Shown: in pieces, positions 15,478 to 15,580 of the stretch
Position numbering within the stretch: position 1 is the stretch's first letter
Layout: the number at the start of each line of letters is the position of its first letter
From: Snowella sp.
GTDB taxonomy: Bacteria; Cyanobacteriota; Cyanobacteriia; Cyanobacteriales; Microcystaceae
Length of the DNA stretch: 15,580 bases
Direction: 5' to 3'
NCBI GenBank assembly: GCA_035285545.1
Contig: JAYKGY010000010.1
Location: 1-15,580, forward strand
The notes under the pieces: model-generated
Told to the model about the DNA's origin: nothing
The model's database searches: none
The model's input: only the letters and a program-made list of their open reading frames with translations
Position numbers and translations under genes: made by a program

Positions 15478-15580
15478 GTAAAAAAGCCATACTCGTGAAT
15501 TTTTGGAAACTCAAATACTTGACCATCAGCAAAAAACTCAAACAACCATTTAACCAACTTAAAGGAATGGCAAAAGCGAT

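Overview
Cyanobacterial plasmid or integrative-element DNA (five HIP1 GCGATCGC octamers). From left to right: the 3' end (domains V-VI) of a group II intron; a small ParA plus RHH partition pair with phased 8-bp repeats; a conserved 103-aa plasmid protein; an orphan half-size HsdS plus HsdM-like pair lacking the catalytic NPPF motif, with no HsdR in the window; and a co-oriented three-gene module. That module is preceded by an att-like symmetric site and comprises an XisF-like large serine recombinase, a 522-aa protein with nine tandem variable HTH repeats, and a 1148-aa Prim-Pol/helicase with iteron-like repeats inside its 3' end. After it come a repeat-dense intergenic region with nested inverted repeats, a SulP/STAS transporter cargo flanked by two 87-bp MITEs, and a second (Soj/ParB-type) partition system. 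The best candidates for an undescribed system are the recombinase + 9xHTH + primase-helicase module and the catalytically degenerate HsdM/HsdS pair. All family assignments come from motif recognition by eye; no database search was run.
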